From sequence record KR014248: a stretch of DNA of 64,000 nt; one strand, 5' to 3'. The notes under the pieces were generated by a model that was not told the origin of the DNA, did no database searches, and was given only the letters and a program-made list of their open reading frames with translations. Source of the DNA: Escherichia phage vB_EcoM_AYO145A. Each line of letters starts with the position of its first letter. Position 1 is the first letter of the stretch. Shown here in pieces: positions 31,261 to 39,668 of this stretch. Position numbers and translations under genes: made by a program.

Positions 31261-31289
31261 TTGACTGATTGTTAAGATGGTGTTAATAT
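31261..31289 (+). promoter_or_regulatory. sigma70-like promoter after the tail-fibre genes
   Basis: TTGACT at 31261-66, a 17-nt spacer, TAATAT at 31284-89. Overlaps the 9-bp inverted repeat AAGATGGTG/CACCATCTT. Confidence 0.55.
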
Positions 31290-31331
31290 CTTTATGGGTA
31301 TTCTCACCATCTTGGCTGATGAGGTGATTAA

Positions 31332-31526
31332 ATGCCTACAATCCTAGCAATTCTTCTAAAAAATCTAGGTAGCTTCTTCTGGAAACTCATTTTATCCCTT
31401 CTAAGTGAATACATGATTGAGAAAGTGTTCTTTAGGCTTGCAAGATACCTTGCGAGTAAAACAGACACACCTATTGATGATGAGTTCGTAGATAACTTAG
31501 AAAAAGCTTTTAAGGGGGAGAAGTAA
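31332..31526 (+). CDS. small membrane protein (possible lysis-cassette component)
   Basis: 64 aa with a hydrophobic N-terminal half. GAGGTGA RBS and its own promoter at 31261. Confidence 0.5.
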   Translation: MPTILAILLKNLGSFFWKLILSLLSEYMIEKVFFRLARYLASKTDTPIDDEFVDNLEKAFKGEK

Positions 31527-31898
31527 ATGAAGTGGTTAGAGGAAGCTTTTAAAAATAATATTGGTGCAATTGTTGTTGGTATTTTTAGTGTTATTGGGAT
31601 GTATACCACTATGCAAGTTTCAAGTGGTAAGCAAGAAGTGTCTATCACAACAAAGTTACAACAGTTAGATAATTATTCCAAAAGTAATTATTCAGCTATT
31701 CGTGATTTACAGTCTGATATGAGGCTGCTTCAGCTAGGGATGGAGAACCAGAAAGTCCAGTTAGAGAATGTTAAGGGTGAGAACGCAAAACTTACTAAGA
31801 CTCTTGATAAGTTCTCTGATAGTGTGAACAATCTGGCTCAATCAGTATCAGCCCTCCAAGCTATTACTGAAAAGAACACAAAGAATACTGAAAAGTAA
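31527..31898 (+). CDS. membrane-anchored coiled-coil protein (possible lysis-cassette component)
   Basis: 123 aa with an N-terminal TM helix (IGAIVVGIFSVIGMY) followed by coiled coil. Followed by a terminator. Confidence 0.5.
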   Translation: MKWLEEAFKNNIGAIVVGIFSVIGMYTTMQVSSGKQEVSITTKLQQLDNYSKSNYSAIRDLQSDMRLLQLGMENQKVQLENVKGENAKLTKTLDKFSDSVNNLAQSVSALQAITEKNTKNTEK

Positions 31899-31905
31899 AG
31901 TTTAA

Positions 31906-31931
31906 GGCTCCTTTTTACGGGAGCCTTTTTT
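31906..31931 (+). terminator. terminator between convergent late and thyA transcription units
   Basis: GGCTCC-TTTTTACG-GGAGCC followed by TTTTTT. Confidence 0.8.
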
Positions 31932-31934
31932 GTT

Positions 31935-32834
31935 TTATTTACCTACTGACAAAGGTGCTTCAATCTTTCCTGCATGTTGATAGTTGCTAATACCACCGAT
32001 AAAGTCACTTGCAGTAAGATGTTTCAGGTCACTTAAAGTATTAAGTTGTAGACCAATCTCAAAAGTAGGTGCATGGAACTCTTCATTGCTCATCAGTTCA
32101 TAAACCTGCTTCATATGGTTCTGGTAAATCTGAGTATCCCCAAAGACACCTATCAAGTACCGTGGAGTGTATCCAGTCATCTTACAAAGAACTTCCAGAA
32201 TAAAACCATAAGACGCAATGTTAAAGGGAAGTCCTAAAAAGGTATCTACAGAACGCTGATACCATTGTAAGTCAACTTCACCCTCGTTAGTAATATAAAT
32301 CTGAAACAGAACATGACAAGGTGCTAGAGCCATTGAGTTTGCTGCAATATCTGCTGCATTCCAAGCATTAACAAGCATGTAACGGTCTGTAATATCACCC
32401 TTCATCTTCGTTACTAAGGTTTCTAACTGGTCTACAACACAACCATTATGACCTTCAAAGTTTCTCCACTGAACCCCATAGATTCTCCCACCTGCATCTT
32501 CTAACCAATCTTGTTCAGAAGAATAGTTAGAACTTAACCAGCGTTTAAAATCATCTGACCAGATAGTCCAACGTTCTCCGTCATTTTCACCCCAAGTGCG
32601 GTAACGGAGTTCACCAAGCTTATTCTCGCCATTCAGGAACCATAAAGCTTCCCCAATAACTTGCCGTGTAAACACCTGTTTAGATGTTAAAAGCGGGAAA
32701 CCAGTTCGCATATCAAAACGAAACTGAGGTGGAGCAAATGCAGAGATAACATCTCCAGTTCGTGTAGTACGCAGTTCACCAACTGATAAAACATGGTTCA
32801 GGATATTTTTGTAACTTGAATCTGCTTGTGACAT
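31935..32834 (-). CDS. thyA: thymidylate synthase
   Basis: 299 aa. Contains the catalytic ALAPCH motif and RSVD..LGLPFNIASY. Confidence 0.92.
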   Translation of the reverse strand: MSQADSSYKNILNHVLSVGELRTTRTGDVISAFAPPQFRFDMRTGFPLLTSKQVFTRQVIGEALWFLNGENKLGELRYRTWGENDGERWTIWSDDFKRWLSSNYSSEQDWLEDAGGRIYGVQWRNFEGHNGCVVDQLETLVTKMKGDITDRYMLVNAWNAADIAANSMALAPCHVLFQIYITNEGEVDLQWYQRSVDTFLGLPFNIASYGFILEVLCKMTGYTPRYLIGVFGDTQIYQNHMKQVYELMSNEEFHAPTFEIGLQLNTLSDLKHLTASDFIGGISNYQHAGKIEAPLSVGK

Positions 32835-32835
32835 A

Positions 32836-33381
32836 TCAAAAGTGTCCTTTTACTTGTGGAACATAAATTTCAAAAGTTGCTTTACCATCCTCTGATGGTT
32901 TTGACTGTACCTTTGTAAATACACGGTTATCATACAGCTTCTCAAAGAAGTTTTCAAAAGGTAAATGCACAGTGGCCTCTTCAGTAACTTTATGGAAAAC
33001 AGTATGGAACACCACACTAGCATACGGTAAAGCATCGACAAGGACACCTGCGCCACCAATTACAAAGACATCTTCATCAATAGAGCTATCAAGATACTTC
33101 AAAAATGCTCCAAAGGACTCTTTACTAGCTTTAGCAAACATAACATCATCTTTACCAAAGTCTATACCATAATAAGGTACAGAGTTTGTTAAGATGAGGT
33201 TTGCACGTTCTGGTAAAGGCTTACTCCCCAGAGTCTTGAAAGTCTCATTACCCATCACTACTAAGTTGTTTTTAGTGAGTCTCTTAAACTCTTGCATATC
33301 TTGCTTATGTCGAGGCCACGGCATACCAGTCGGTGTACCAAATTCACCGTTTTCACCACTTGCAAATATTAGTTTAATCAT
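32836..33381 (-). CDS. folA: dihydrofolate reductase
   Basis: 181 aa. Motifs GMPW, VVMGNETFKTL and VIGGAGV. Lies adjacent to thyA. Confidence 0.8.
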   Translation of the reverse strand: MIKLIFASGENGEFGTPTGMPWPRHKQDMQEFKRLTKNNLVVMGNETFKTLGSKPLPERANLILTNSVPYYGIDFGKDDVMFAKASKESFGAFLKYLDSSIDEDVFVIGGAGVLVDALPYASVVFHTVFHKVTEEATVHLPFENFFEKLYDNRVFTKVQSKPSEDGKATFEIYVPQVKGHF

Positions 33382-33638
33382 TTTGTAAACCCTTTCTTAA
33401 TGAACCAGTTGATGACACTCTTCACAACTTTACTACGATGGTAGATAAAATGTGGAGATGGTTGGTATGAACCATAAGCCCAGAAAGCGATAATTTCATT
33501 ACACCCTGTGCATCGGGTACTTTCTTCAGCAATATGACCGTTGACTATTTCACTTACCTCACCTTGTAAGTCTGTACACCCACAATGTGGACAACGGATA
33601 GGTGTTCCATCAGACTCATAGCAGTGTTCAATTTTCAT
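33378..33638 (-). CDS. small zinc-ribbon protein
   Basis: 86 aa with CPHCGC ... CTGCNE cysteine pairs. Confidence 0.6.
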   Translation of the reverse strand: MKIEHCYESDGTPIRCPHCGCTDLQGEVSEIVNGHIAEESTRCTGCNEIIAFWAYGSYQPSPHFIYHRSKVVKSVINWFIKKGFTK

Positions 33639-34154
33639 CTATTTAACCTCAAAAACTGGCTCAAGAACCAATATAAAGTCTACACAGTCATCTTCTTCAT
33701 CCAGAATACCATCAAAGTTCTTAGGAACAAAGTCGAAGAGGCTCATAACAAAACAGTCAGAAGTGACCTTGATAGTTCCTCCCATGTTCTCTACAGTTAA
33801 CACTGTACGACTTTCTTTTACCTCCCTCAGAAGATTACCCACAAAGTCATCTAAGAAGTACTTCATCAGTGACTTGAAACCTTTAGGGTAATCTGTACCA
33901 GAGTATGTTTCAATCTGAGGCACAAGCTTAACATTTATACTAGTCTTTGTTAAGAACGTGTTAGAGAACATGCTATCAGGTAGCTTACAAACAGTCTTTC
34001 CAGTACCTTCATGCTCAATCTCAACAAAACCAGCTTCGTCACCACATGTAACTATTTTAAAAGATGCTTCATTCTCATACTGTGAAGCCATAAACTTTTT
34101 AAGCATCTCTTTAAGGAAATCTGCATGAGCATCTTGTAAGTAGACATCAATCAT
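33639..34154 (-). CDS. hypothetical protein
   Basis: 171-aa ORF, tightly packed with its neighbours. Confidence 0.6.
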   Translation of the reverse strand: MIDVYLQDAHADFLKEMLKKFMASQYENEASFKIVTCGDEAGFVEIEHEGTGKTVCKLPDSMFSNTFLTKTSINVKLVPQIETYSGTDYPKGFKSLMKYFLDDFVGNLLREVKESRTVLTVENMGGTIKVTSDCFVMSLFDFVPKNFDGILDEEDDCVDFILVLEPVFEVK

Positions 34155-34167
34155 AGTTAATCACCTA

Positions 34168-34527
34168 TTATGGGAACAGACACTTAATGTCATCGTTTTT
34201 GAAGACAAAACTTGTGTAGTTGTGACCATCAACATCTAGCCAAACAGCCTGAACATCTACACCATCAAGATTCTGGTAAAGCTCTTTGATGAAGTGGTCT
34301 TTCACAATCTGGCTGCTAGTTGTCTCCAGCTTAATGTTCGAGATTGCTGAACCTACAGCCATATAACCCATGACACGTTTCTTCTCAGTATGCTTAATCT
34401 TACCATCTTTGTAAGCCATAATGAGATTGGAAAGAATCTTCACACCGTAGTACTTTTCAAGGTGAGTAGGTACACCATAAAATCCTAATGCGAAGTTTTC
34501 AGAGTGGATAATGTTTTCACGTTTCAT
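34168..34527 (-). CDS. hypothetical protein
   Basis: 119-aa ORF. Confidence 0.6.
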   Translation of the reverse strand: MKRENIIHSENFALGFYGVPTHLEKYYGVKILSNLIMAYKDGKIKHTEKKRVMGYMAVGSAISNIKLETTSSQIVKDHFIKELYQNLDGVDVQAVWLDVDGHNYTSFVFKNDDIKCLFP

Positions 34528-34528
34528 A

Positions 34529-34828
34529 TTAGTCTGCCAACCTTAAATTGAAATTAACACCAAATTTTTCACATACTTCCAACATAAACTCAAGAGAGAC
34601 ATTACCAGTGAGATTGATTATGTTGGATACACGAGCCTGAGATATACCACAAATTTTAGCAACTTGCTCTTGAGAAAGACCTCTGGATTTAATCTCTCTC
34701 TTAAAACGATGTGCAACGAAGTCTCTCATTTCGTCTACATCCATTGGACAAATATAACTCTCCATTTCAGCCTCTCTATCAGCCTCCCAATCATCTTGTG
34801 GGGCATAAGGGTCAAAAACCTCATTCAT
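34529..34828 (-). CDS. XRE-family helix-turn-helix transcriptional regulator
   Basis: HTH segment LSQEQVAKICGISQARVSNIINL. Start trimmed to the ATG after GGAAGAAGAAAG. Confidence 0.7.
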   Translation of the reverse strand: MNEVFDPYAPQDDWEADREAEMESYICPMDVDEMRDFVAHRFKREIKSRGLSQEQVAKICGISQARVSNIINLTGNVSLEFMLEVCEKFGVNFNLRLAD

Positions 34829-35042
34829 CTTTCTTCTTCCGTTTGCGTGAAGTGTCAATCAATGAATCTATGTTTGTAGCCCTAACCTTTTCACGTTCAT
34901 CGTTAAGATAATCATCAAGAGCCTTCTCAATCTGTGAATCATCTTGACAGATAACTGTAAAGACTGTAAAGCCGTCTGTATCGTCAATTATCTTACCATA
35001 ACCGCTTCTGGGATGTAACTTTTTAAGAGCCATATCAGACAC
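34821..35042 (-). CDS. hypothetical protein
   Basis: 73-aa ORF that overlaps both neighbouring genes. Confidence 0.5.
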   Translation of the reverse strand: MSDMALKKLHPRSGYGKIIDDTDGFTVFTVICQDDSQIEKALDDYLNDEREKVRATNIDSLIDTSRKRKKKDE

Positions 35043-35418
35043 CTGTGCAGCTTCTGTTTTCTAAGAAATACTCAACACCGTACATAGCTTTTTGCATCAA
35101 ATCTTCTTTAAACTGGATACGGTGGTTGAGCATAGCCTGTACATCAATATCATCACGGTGTTTCTCTTTAATATTTGCAGATTGCAGGAAATACTCTGCA
35201 AGAACGCGATACTGATAGTCAGTTACCTTATCAGTCATCTCTGTCAAAGACTCTTCAGAGATTGGTTTAAGTAACTCACCATTAGCTAGAGCAACACCTT
35301 TAACAATCTGGCAAGTGTCTTCTGGAACACCTGATAAGTCCACATTTGGAAGTTCTGTTGCATTGACTGGTAAATTCATTGCCATAACCATTGCAGAAGC
35401 TAATAAAATCTTTTTCAT
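35035..35418 (-). CDS. secreted/periplasmic hypothetical protein
   Basis: 127 aa with an N-terminal signal-peptide-like MKKILLASAMVMAMNLPVNA. First gene after repeat unit 1. Confidence 0.6.
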   Translation of the reverse strand: MKKILLASAMVMAMNLPVNATELPNVDLSGVPEDTCQIVKGVALANGELLKPISEESLTEMTDKVTDYQYRVLAEYFLQSANIKEKHRDDIDVQAMLNHRIQFKEDLMQKAMYGVEYFLENRSCTGV

Positions 35419-35462
35419 AATGACCTCAAAGTTATATTAAATTTTGTATTACATTGAGTATA

Positions 35463-35491
35463 AAAATAAGCTATAACACCTGACTTGTCAA
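35463..35491 (-). promoter_or_regulatory. putative promoter for gene 35035..35418
   Basis: On the minus strand, TTGACA (complement 35486-91), 17 nt, then TATTTT. The motif TTGACAAGTCAGGTGT resembles CTTGACAAGGTGT. Confidence 0.4.
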
Positions 35492-35509
35492 CAGATTTTA
35501 TAGCTTATT

Positions 35510-35770
35510 TGGCAGATTTTTTATAAGGCTACTGCCATCCTTCCATACCTTACCTTACCACACCTAACCATACCTAACCAAACTACACCATACAATACCT
35601 TGTTAAAAGACCCTTTTAAAGACCTTTTAAAAAGGTAAGTCTCATTTTAATGTAGTTGAGACTAGCTACCCATACTTTACCTTACCATACCAGACCTCAC
35701 CCCGCCTTACCGCACCAGACAGCACAATGCAGTACAGTACCTTATTAAAAGACCCTGTTTAAAGACATTT
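35510..35770 (-). repeat. composite intergenic repeat unit 1 (pentamer-phased GG/CC tracts, conserved core, covarying hairpin)
   Basis: The plus strand reads runs of NNNCC pentamers (ATACC TTACC TTACC ACACC TAACC ATACC TAACC ...) at 35537-35600 and 35665-35740. The 49-nt core at 35616-35664 is identical to 37038-37086. Hairpin TGGCAG (35510-15)/CTGCCA (35532-37). Confidence 0.85.
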
Positions 35771-35797
35771 TAAAAAGGAGCCTCCGAAGAGGCTACC
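35771..35797 (-). terminator. rho-independent terminator after the two-gene cassette
   Basis: The minus strand reads GTAGCCTC-TTCG-GAGGCTCC-TTTTTA, directly after the stop of 35806..36246. Confidence 0.7.
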
Positions 35798-35805
35798 TAG
35801 TCAAC

Positions 35806-36246
35806 TTAGAAAGGTTTTCTACGTTGCTTGTTAATATTAGCTTTCATAGCAGCTAAATGGTTTTGCTGTTCAATTAGTCGTGAACGTTCTTGATGACTAA
35901 GTGCCATAGTGTTCACATTCTCAATTGCTTGAGTGGCTTGCTTTAAAGCGCGACCAATCTTACCAGACATTTTACGTTTTGCAATAGTTGCTTGATGCTT
36001 AGGTTCGACAACACGATAACCAACACCCATTGAAGCAACCAGATAAATCTTCTCTTCTTTAAGAAGCTTCTCAATAAACTTCTCAAGTCGATTTAAGCGT
36101 GTAAGTGCGTAAGCTTTCATTTCATCTTCGTACTTAACAATGTCACCTTGATAAGTTGGCTTCACAATACCTAAGAAGGTATCCATCTCAGAGTGTGATA
36201 CAGTGTCACCGTAACTAAACTTTGCTGCTAATGCTTTTGTATTCAT
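35806..36246 (-). CDS. hypothetical protein (cassette gene 2)
   Basis: 146 aa with a basic, coiled-coil C-terminus. Followed by a minus-strand terminator. Confidence 0.65.
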   Translation of the reverse strand: MNTKALAAKFSYGDTVSHSEMDTFLGIVKPTYQGDIVKYEDEMKAYALTRLNRLEKFIEKLLKEEKIYLVASMGVGYRVVEPKHQATIAKRKMSGKIGRALKQATQAIENVNTMALSHQERSRLIEQQNHLAAMKANINKQRRKPF

Positions 36247-36248
36247 AA

Positions 36249-36854
<606 letters not shown>

Positions 36855-36911
36855 TTAGTTGATTGTTAAGTTGTTTGTAAAGAACCCTCAACAGAAGACT
36901 CTTTAGAAACT

Positions 36912-37205
36912 TGGTAGATTTTTAACGTGGCTACTACCATCCACCCATACCATACCGAGCCTTACCTTACCAAACCAGACCGCGCCTTACCAAACCAGAC
37001 CAAACATTACTTTACCCTACCTCATTAAAAAACCCTCTTAAAGACCTTTTAAAAAGGTAAGTCTCATTTTAATGTAGTTGAGACTAACTACCCATACCGA
37101 ACCTCACCGCACCATACTACACCTGACACCACCTTACACCACCTTACACCACCGCACCATACCTGACCGAGCTACACATCACTTAAAAACCCTCTTAGAA
37201 GACTC
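36912..37205 (-). repeat. composite intergenic repeat unit 2 (direct repeat of unit 1)
   Basis: Pentamer tracts at 36935-37025 and 37087-37175, including 11 consecutive NNNCC units. Core at 37038-37086. Hairpin TGGTAG (36912-17)/CTACCA (36934-39), which covaries with unit 1. Confidence 0.85.
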
Positions 37206-37245
37206 TTAAGTGATGCTGGTGAGTACCCGTTGGTTTATGCTGCTC

Positions 37246-37273
37246 AGTATACTCACCAAATTTTCTATGTCAA
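37246..37273 (-). promoter_or_regulatory. sigma70-like promoter reading into repeat unit 2 and the two-gene cassette
   Basis: On the minus strand, TTGACA (complement 37268-73), a 16-nt spacer, TATACT (complement 37246-51). Lies directly after the ligase stop. Confidence 0.6.
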
Positions 37274-37280
37274 CAACTTT

Positions 37281-38381
37281 TTACTCATAATCCCTAATAA
37301 CTAACCCAACAGGGAACTGTAAAGACCCCTTACGAGTCATCTTCTGGAACTGAACCGTTAAAGGCTTCCCGATAAACTCTTCAGGATGCTCAGCCAGATA
37401 CTGCTTTTTCTCATGAGTGGTTTTCCATGAGACATCTACAAAGACGTTAGGAAGAGTCTCTACAACGAACTTACCATGACCACGTTTATCAGTCTTTACA
37501 CCAGTTACTTTAAACTCTTCAGTGTGCATCTTCTTGTGCTTAATCAAGAAGTATGAACGGTGACAACACTCGTAGAAGGAGTCTTCAGAGATTGAACGGT
37601 ACATTGCACCTTCAAACTTAGCTTCAACCCACTTATCATGAGCTTCATCAAACTCTTCCCAAGAATTTACACGGATAGTCTGCACAGGAACAACTCTACA
37701 GGTATCCCCAAGCTCAACAATAGGTGAGTTATCAATAACTTCACGACGCTCAGGCCAAGATTTTGAATTGTCGCAGATATCATACCAGTAGAATTTAAGA
37801 AGGTGACGGTCTGGATTGTCAGCATTCTTAATCATAGATACAATATCTTCTAAGTCCCAACCATGAGCATAAATCTCACCATCAAAGTCTTCAACTTGTG
37901 GATGTAATTTAAGCAACAAAAGCAAATCTGGAATTAGTTCTGCTGGAACGTTGTAAACAGTATTCTCACGAGAATAAGCCGTAAAACTAACTAAATCAGC
38001 ATCTCTTGAAATCCTACAACGGACACCATCAAGTTTTGGTTGAGCATCAGCAGGGAACTTCAGATACTTTGCATGGCTAACCTTTGCAGCATCATGAGCA
38101 AGCTGTACACCTACCTTCTCAGTATTCTGTGCAGACTCTTTTGTGTAAGCATAACCTTTGCGGTCTACTTGCTTTTTATACTTAGCAGCAACTTCAAAGA
38201 GAGCTTGTTGTTCAGCGTTACGCTCATTCTTTTTACCGATGTTTTTAGGCTCTGCTGTGTACTCTTCAAACATCATCTTGCCATTTTCTTTACCGTAGGT
38301 TGTAATAACTTTGTCACCTACAGCAACACATGACCAGACGTTGAAGGAACCATCTTTATTTTGTTTGTACAGAATTGTCAT
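37281..38381 (-). CDS. ATP-dependent DNA ligase
   Basis: Adenylation motif KLDGVR. Start trimmed to the ATG after GAGGAA. About 366 aa, T7-ligase size. Confidence 0.85.
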   Translation of the reverse strand: MTILYKQNKDGSFNVWSCVAVGDKVITTYGKENGKMMFEEYTAEPKNIGKKNERNAEQQALFEVAAKYKKQVDRKGYAYTKESAQNTEKVGVQLAHDAAKVSHAKYLKFPADAQPKLDGVRCRISRDADLVSFTAYSRENTVYNVPAELIPDLLLLLKLHPQVEDFDGEIYAHGWDLEDIVSMIKNADNPDRHLLKFYWYDICDNSKSWPERREVIDNSPIVELGDTCRVVPVQTIRVNSWEEFDEAHDKWVEAKFEGAMYRSISEDSFYECCHRSYFLIKHKKMHTEEFKVTGVKTDKRGHGKFVVETLPNVFVDVSWKTTHEKKQYLAEHPEEFIGKPLTVQFQKMTRKGSLQFPVGLVIRDYE

Positions 38382-38382
38382 T

Positions 38383-38574
38383 TTATTCCTCTGAATGATA
38401 CCAAGTATTGCAAGCATTACATGCGTAAAGCTCTAAGTCATTTTTATCTGGTTTATGAAAGCAGTTTGCTCCGCAGTGGCAACGGAATGGCTTTCCACCA
38501 ACTGTCAGGGTGAATGATTGAATCTTCCCATCAGGAGTTCGTACAGCATTTTTATGCTTATCTTCTTTGTTCAT
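38383..38574 (-). CDS. small cysteine-rich (zinc-binding) protein
   Basis: 63 aa with CHCGANC ... CNACN. Confidence 0.55.
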   Translation of the reverse strand: MNKEDKHKNAVRTPDGKIQSFTLTVGGKPFRCHCGANCFHKPDKNDLELYACNACNTWYHSEE

Positions 38575-38792
38575 TTTCTCTTACCACCAATCTCTACGTC
38601 AATCACTTGAACATCACCAGCAACATCAAACTTATGAATGATGCTTTCCACAGTGTAAGTCCAACCCTCAATGCGAACCAATTCACCTTCTCGCGGTACG
38701 ATTGGGTTACGTTGAGCTATGGTTGTAGTGGAGTGAACAGTATCATAACGGTAGATATAGTTTACTAAGACTTGCATCTTGAAAAACCTCAC
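38571..38792 (-). CDS. hypothetical protein
   Basis: 73-aa ORF with overlapping starts and stops. Confidence 0.55.
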   Translation of the reverse strand: MRFFKMQVLVNYIYRYDTVHSTTTIAQRNPIVPREGELVRIEGWTYTVESIIHKFDVAGDVQVIDVEIGGKRK

Positions 38793-39025
38793 TCAATAAC
38801 AGTAGTGTGTGATTGACTATTTTTACCATAACGATAAGATGTTGTCGTTTGAGAGTTTGGACATCTTACAACAACAATATCTGTGCTTATTGCATCCTCA
38901 TTCAGCTTATAGACTTTACAATCTTGCATCTCTGGTGGGAGACTATAAGAAGCATTTTTATCTTCATAAGAAGGGTTGCAGCCAGATAGAAAAATAACAC
39001 CAAGCACAATTACTGATTTCCACAT
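38789..39025 (-). CDS. putative lipoprotein
   Basis: 78 aa with a signal peptide and lipobox (VIFLSGC). Confidence 0.65.
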   Translation of the reverse strand: MWKSVIVLGVIFLSGCNPSYEDKNASYSLPPEMQDCKVYKLNEDAISTDIVVVRCPNSQTTTSYRYGKNSQSHTTVIE

Positions 39026-39186
39026 AATACTTCTCCTGTCTGTTGTTCACGATACTCAAGCTCTCTGAAAGTTTTGTAGTAATGAATTTTGTAGTACGCT
39101 ATCTCATTACTTTTTACATTTGTTTTGAGCAGATTCCAGTCAGAATCTTTACCCATCCTTCCCCAGAGACTATATAACTTATTCAT
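39010..39186 (-). CDS. hypothetical small protein (not in the ORF track, 58 aa)
   Basis: The ATG overlaps the TGA of the upstream gene (ATGA). The frame stays open to TAA at complement 39010-39012 and fills an otherwise empty 160-nt gap. Confidence 0.45.
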   Translation of the reverse strand: MNKLYSLWGRMGKDSDWNLLKTNVKSNEIAYYKIHYYKTFRELEYREQQTGEVLCGNQ

Positions 39187-39416
39187 AACAATTCCAAGAT
39201 ATCAATACGTTCACCCTTAAGAACACCTGTACGGTCTTTTGCAATCTTACCTTCAACAATAAGAATGTGTGCAGACCTTAAAGTGTCACTGTTAAAGGCT
39301 TTTACGAACTTGCTAGGCATCACTACAATACACATCTCCTGAATCAACTCTGGGGTATAGCAGTTGTCGTGAAGTTGCTGAATAACGTCTGCAAGTGTCA
39401 TTTTTGATGTCTCCAA
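39183..39416 (-). CDS. hypothetical protein
   Basis: 77-aa ORF. Confidence 0.55.
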   Translation of the reverse strand: METSKMTLADVIQQLHDNCYTPELIQEMCIVVMPSKFVKAFNSDTLRSAHILIVEGKIAKDRTGVLKGERIDILELL

Positions 39417-39607
39417 TACTCAATGTCAATAAGTTCTTGTGCAATGCTTTTCAGATTACCTTTCAAGAAAACCTTCTCAGAACCTGAAAGAGATGAGTTG
39501 TCAATTAACCTGTTCATTCTCTCAAACAACTTCTGCTTACGATTTTTGATAGTCTCCTTTGAAGCACCTTTCATCATCGCTGCATGGGTTCTTCCACGGT
39601 GGCTCAT
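39398..39607 (-). CDS. hypothetical basic protein
   Basis: 69-aa ORF with GGAGGG RBS. Confidence 0.55.
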   Translation of the reverse strand: MSHRGRTHAAMMKGASKETIKNRKQKLFERMNRLIDNSSLSGSEKVFLKGNLKSIAQELIDIEYWRHQK

Positions 39608-39668
39608 AAGCCCTCCTATATAAGATATAGTATAAGGTACTCTTCCATGAGCACCCTGTCAACACTAA

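Noticed and set aside
37215-37222. Chi-like octamer GCTGGTGA (7 of 8 match to GCTGGTGG) next to the GT-rich tracts.
   Set aside because: It is not an exact Chi site. It is a single copy and falls within the terminator-like stem GGTGAGTA/TACTCACC, so coincidence is likely.
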